NCBI GenBank assembly: GCA_005877505.1
Contig: VBOO01000018.1
Coordinates: 1-36,582, forward strand
Source: Nitrospirota bacterium
GTDB taxonomy: Bacteria; Nitrospirota; Nitrospiria; Nitrospirales; NS-4
Length of the DNA stretch: 36,582 nt
Direction: 5' to 3'
Shown: piece by piece, positions 34,957 to 36,582 of the stretch
Layout of the letters: every line of letters begins with the position of its first letter
How positions within the stretch are numbered: the first letter of the stretch is position 1
The notes under the pieces: model-generated
Seen by the model: only the letters and a program-made list of their open reading frames with translations
What the model was told of the DNA's origin: nothing
Database searches by the model: none
Program-made: the position numbers and the translations under genes

Positions 34957-35820
34957 CTACTTCCCCGCCGGCTTGATCCTCTTCCCTTCGAAGGCAATCG
35001 TTTCGCCCGGGTGCAGTTGCCGGAACGGAACGCCTTGCTTTTTGAGCGCCTGACGGAACAGTGTGGCGTCCTGCGCCAGGACCGGGAACGTCATGAAGTG
35101 CATCGGGATCGCCAGCTTCACCCTCACGCTGGCCGCCGCGCGCGCCGCCATCTCCGGTTCCATCCCGAAGTGCCCGCCGATGTTGATCAGGGCCACGTCC
35201 GGGGCGTAGTGTTCGCCGATGAGGTCCATGTCCTTGAAGTACGCGGTGTCCCCGGAATGATAGATCGTGGGCCCGTTCCTGATCTTCAGGATGAACCCGG
35301 CGGCGACGCCGCCCGTGGCTAACTCCGGCTCCTGCTCCTTGTCCTTGGCAAAGGGATTCCCCAGACCGCTCGAGTGCACGGCCGGCGTCATCGCCACCAC
35401 GACCTCGCCGTCGGCAATCGTGATCTCCCCGCCGATGTTCATCAGGGTGTCGAAGCCCATCTGCTCCTTGGGATAGCCGAGCAGCTTTGCCATGTTCGTG
35501 CCCAGCTCGAAGTTGGTGATCAGGCGCGCGCCGGTCTTCTTCGCAATCGCCACGGCATCCCCGACGTGGTCGAAATGGCCATGCGTGATCAGGATGTAAT
35601 CGGCCTTCTTGAGGTCCGCCAGCGGATCGCCTTTGTCCTTGGCCTTGAGATTCACCGGGTTCGTGAGCCATGGGTCGATCAAGAGCACCACGCCGTTGGG
35701 CGTCGCGATCTCAAAGGCCGCATGGCCGTGCCAGGTCAGGGTGGTCAATGACGCGGCGTTGGCGCCCGATGCGACCAGCGCGATCATTCCGAGCAGCGCG
35801 ACCCCGAGTTTGCGTATCAT
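34957..35820 (-). CDS. Exported metal-dependent hydrolase (MBL fold, UPF0173-like)
   Basis: AGGAGG SD; TWHGHAAF, IDPW, ITHGHFDH, YHSGDT, IPMHF. Confidence 0.92.
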   Translation of the reverse strand: MIRKLGVALLGMIALVASGANAASLTTLTWHGHAAFEIATPNGVVLLIDPWLTNPVNLKAKDKGDPLADLKKADYILITHGHFDHVGDAVAIAKKTGARLITNFELGTNMAKLLGYPKEQMGFDTLMNIGGEITIADGEVVVAMTPAVHSSGLGNPFAKDKEQEPELATGGVAAGFILKIRNGPTIYHSGDTAYFKDMDLIGEHYAPDVALINIGGHFGMEPEMAARAAASVRVKLAIPMHFMTFPVLAQDATLFRQALKKQGVPFRQLHPGETIAFEGKRIKPAGK

Positions 35821-35970
35821 GCGACGCCTCCTGTCTGCGTGGTCCATGCCGAATTTGTTCCTCGAATTGTTGTCTCTCAGACCGGAAGAGGAAGACCGCT
35901 TGCGACGGTTCATTCTCCCCGTGCCGCTCGGCCGCCCCCCAACCGGTGAGAGGACGAAAAGGGGCTGTGG

Positions 35971-36582
35971 CTAGACCGAGCCCCGCGGGCTCAACGCTCC
36001 CTGCACAGCCTTACCGATCTCCGCGGGATTGCGGACGACGATGACGCCGGCGTCCTCCAGAGCGGCCATCTTCTCGGCGGCCGTGCCCTTGCCCCCGGCG
36101 ATGATCGCCCCGGCGTGTCCCATGCGGCGCCCGGGCGGTGCCGTGATGCCGGCGATGAAGCCGATGACCGGCTTACGGATTTCCTGCTTGATGAAGGCCG
36201 CGGCTTTTTCCTCAGCCTCCCCGCCGATCTCACCAATCATGACCACCGCGTCTGTCTCCGGGTCTTTTTCGAACATCGCCAAGAGATCGATATATCCGGT
36301 GCCGATGATCGGATCGCCGCCGATCCCGATGCAGGTCGTTTCGCCGAGCCCCAGGGTCGTGAGCTGATTGACCGCCTCGTAGGTGAGCGTCCCGCTGCGG
36401 GAGATCACCCCCACCCGCCCCTTCTTGTGGATGAAGCCGGGCATGATCCCGATCTTGCACTCGTCCGCCGTGATGATCCCCGGACAGTTCGGCCCGATCA
36501 ACCGGACCTCACGGCCCCGCAGGGCCCGTGTCACCCGCACCATGTCGTTGACGGGGATGCCCTCCGTGATGCAGACGATCAG
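35971..36582 (-). CDS. sucD: Succinate--CoA ligase alpha subunit, 5'-truncated by the window
   Basis: [42 protein letters not shown]. Confidence 0.97.
   Translation of the reverse strand: MIVCITEGIPVNDMVRVTRALRGREVRLIGPNCPGIITADECKIGIMPGFIHKKGRVGVISRSGTLTYEAVNQLTTLGLGETTCIGIGGDPIIGTGYIDLLAMFEKDPETDAVVMIGEIGGEAEEKAAAFIKQEIRKPVIGFIAGITAPPGRRMGHAGAIIAGGKGTAAEKMAALEDAGVIVVRNPAEIGKAVQGALSPRGSV

Overview
GC-rich bacterial chromosomal segment, probably Nitrospirota-like (inferred from recalled lineage-typical hypothetical proteins, not from a search). The core is housekeeping: ldh, the uppS-cdsA-dxr-rseP-proS cluster, a minus-strand run (cytochrome c, SDR, glycogen debranching enzyme, rpiA, dut, proC), AmpG-like MFS, FGE-sulfatase protein, LppC-like protein, site-2 protease, trpS, PEBP, ferritin-VIT1, MBL hydrolase and partial sucD. 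No rRNA, tRNA, CRISPR array, integrase or transposase was seen. The unusual content is: (1) several families of small palindromic repeats, three copies of which lie in-frame inside genes (proS, a lipoprotein signal peptide, the ldh tail); (2) a lower-GC nuclease plus trypsin-like protease island bracketed by ~75-bp inverted repeats, where the protease has integron-cassette hallmarks; (3) a small membrane ORF between two direct copies of a palindrome; (4) a His-less GAF-GAF kinase and two atypical receiver/coiled-coil paralogs; (5) four genes with small deletions or frameshifts that may be decay or assembly errors. All calls are by eye; no database search was run.
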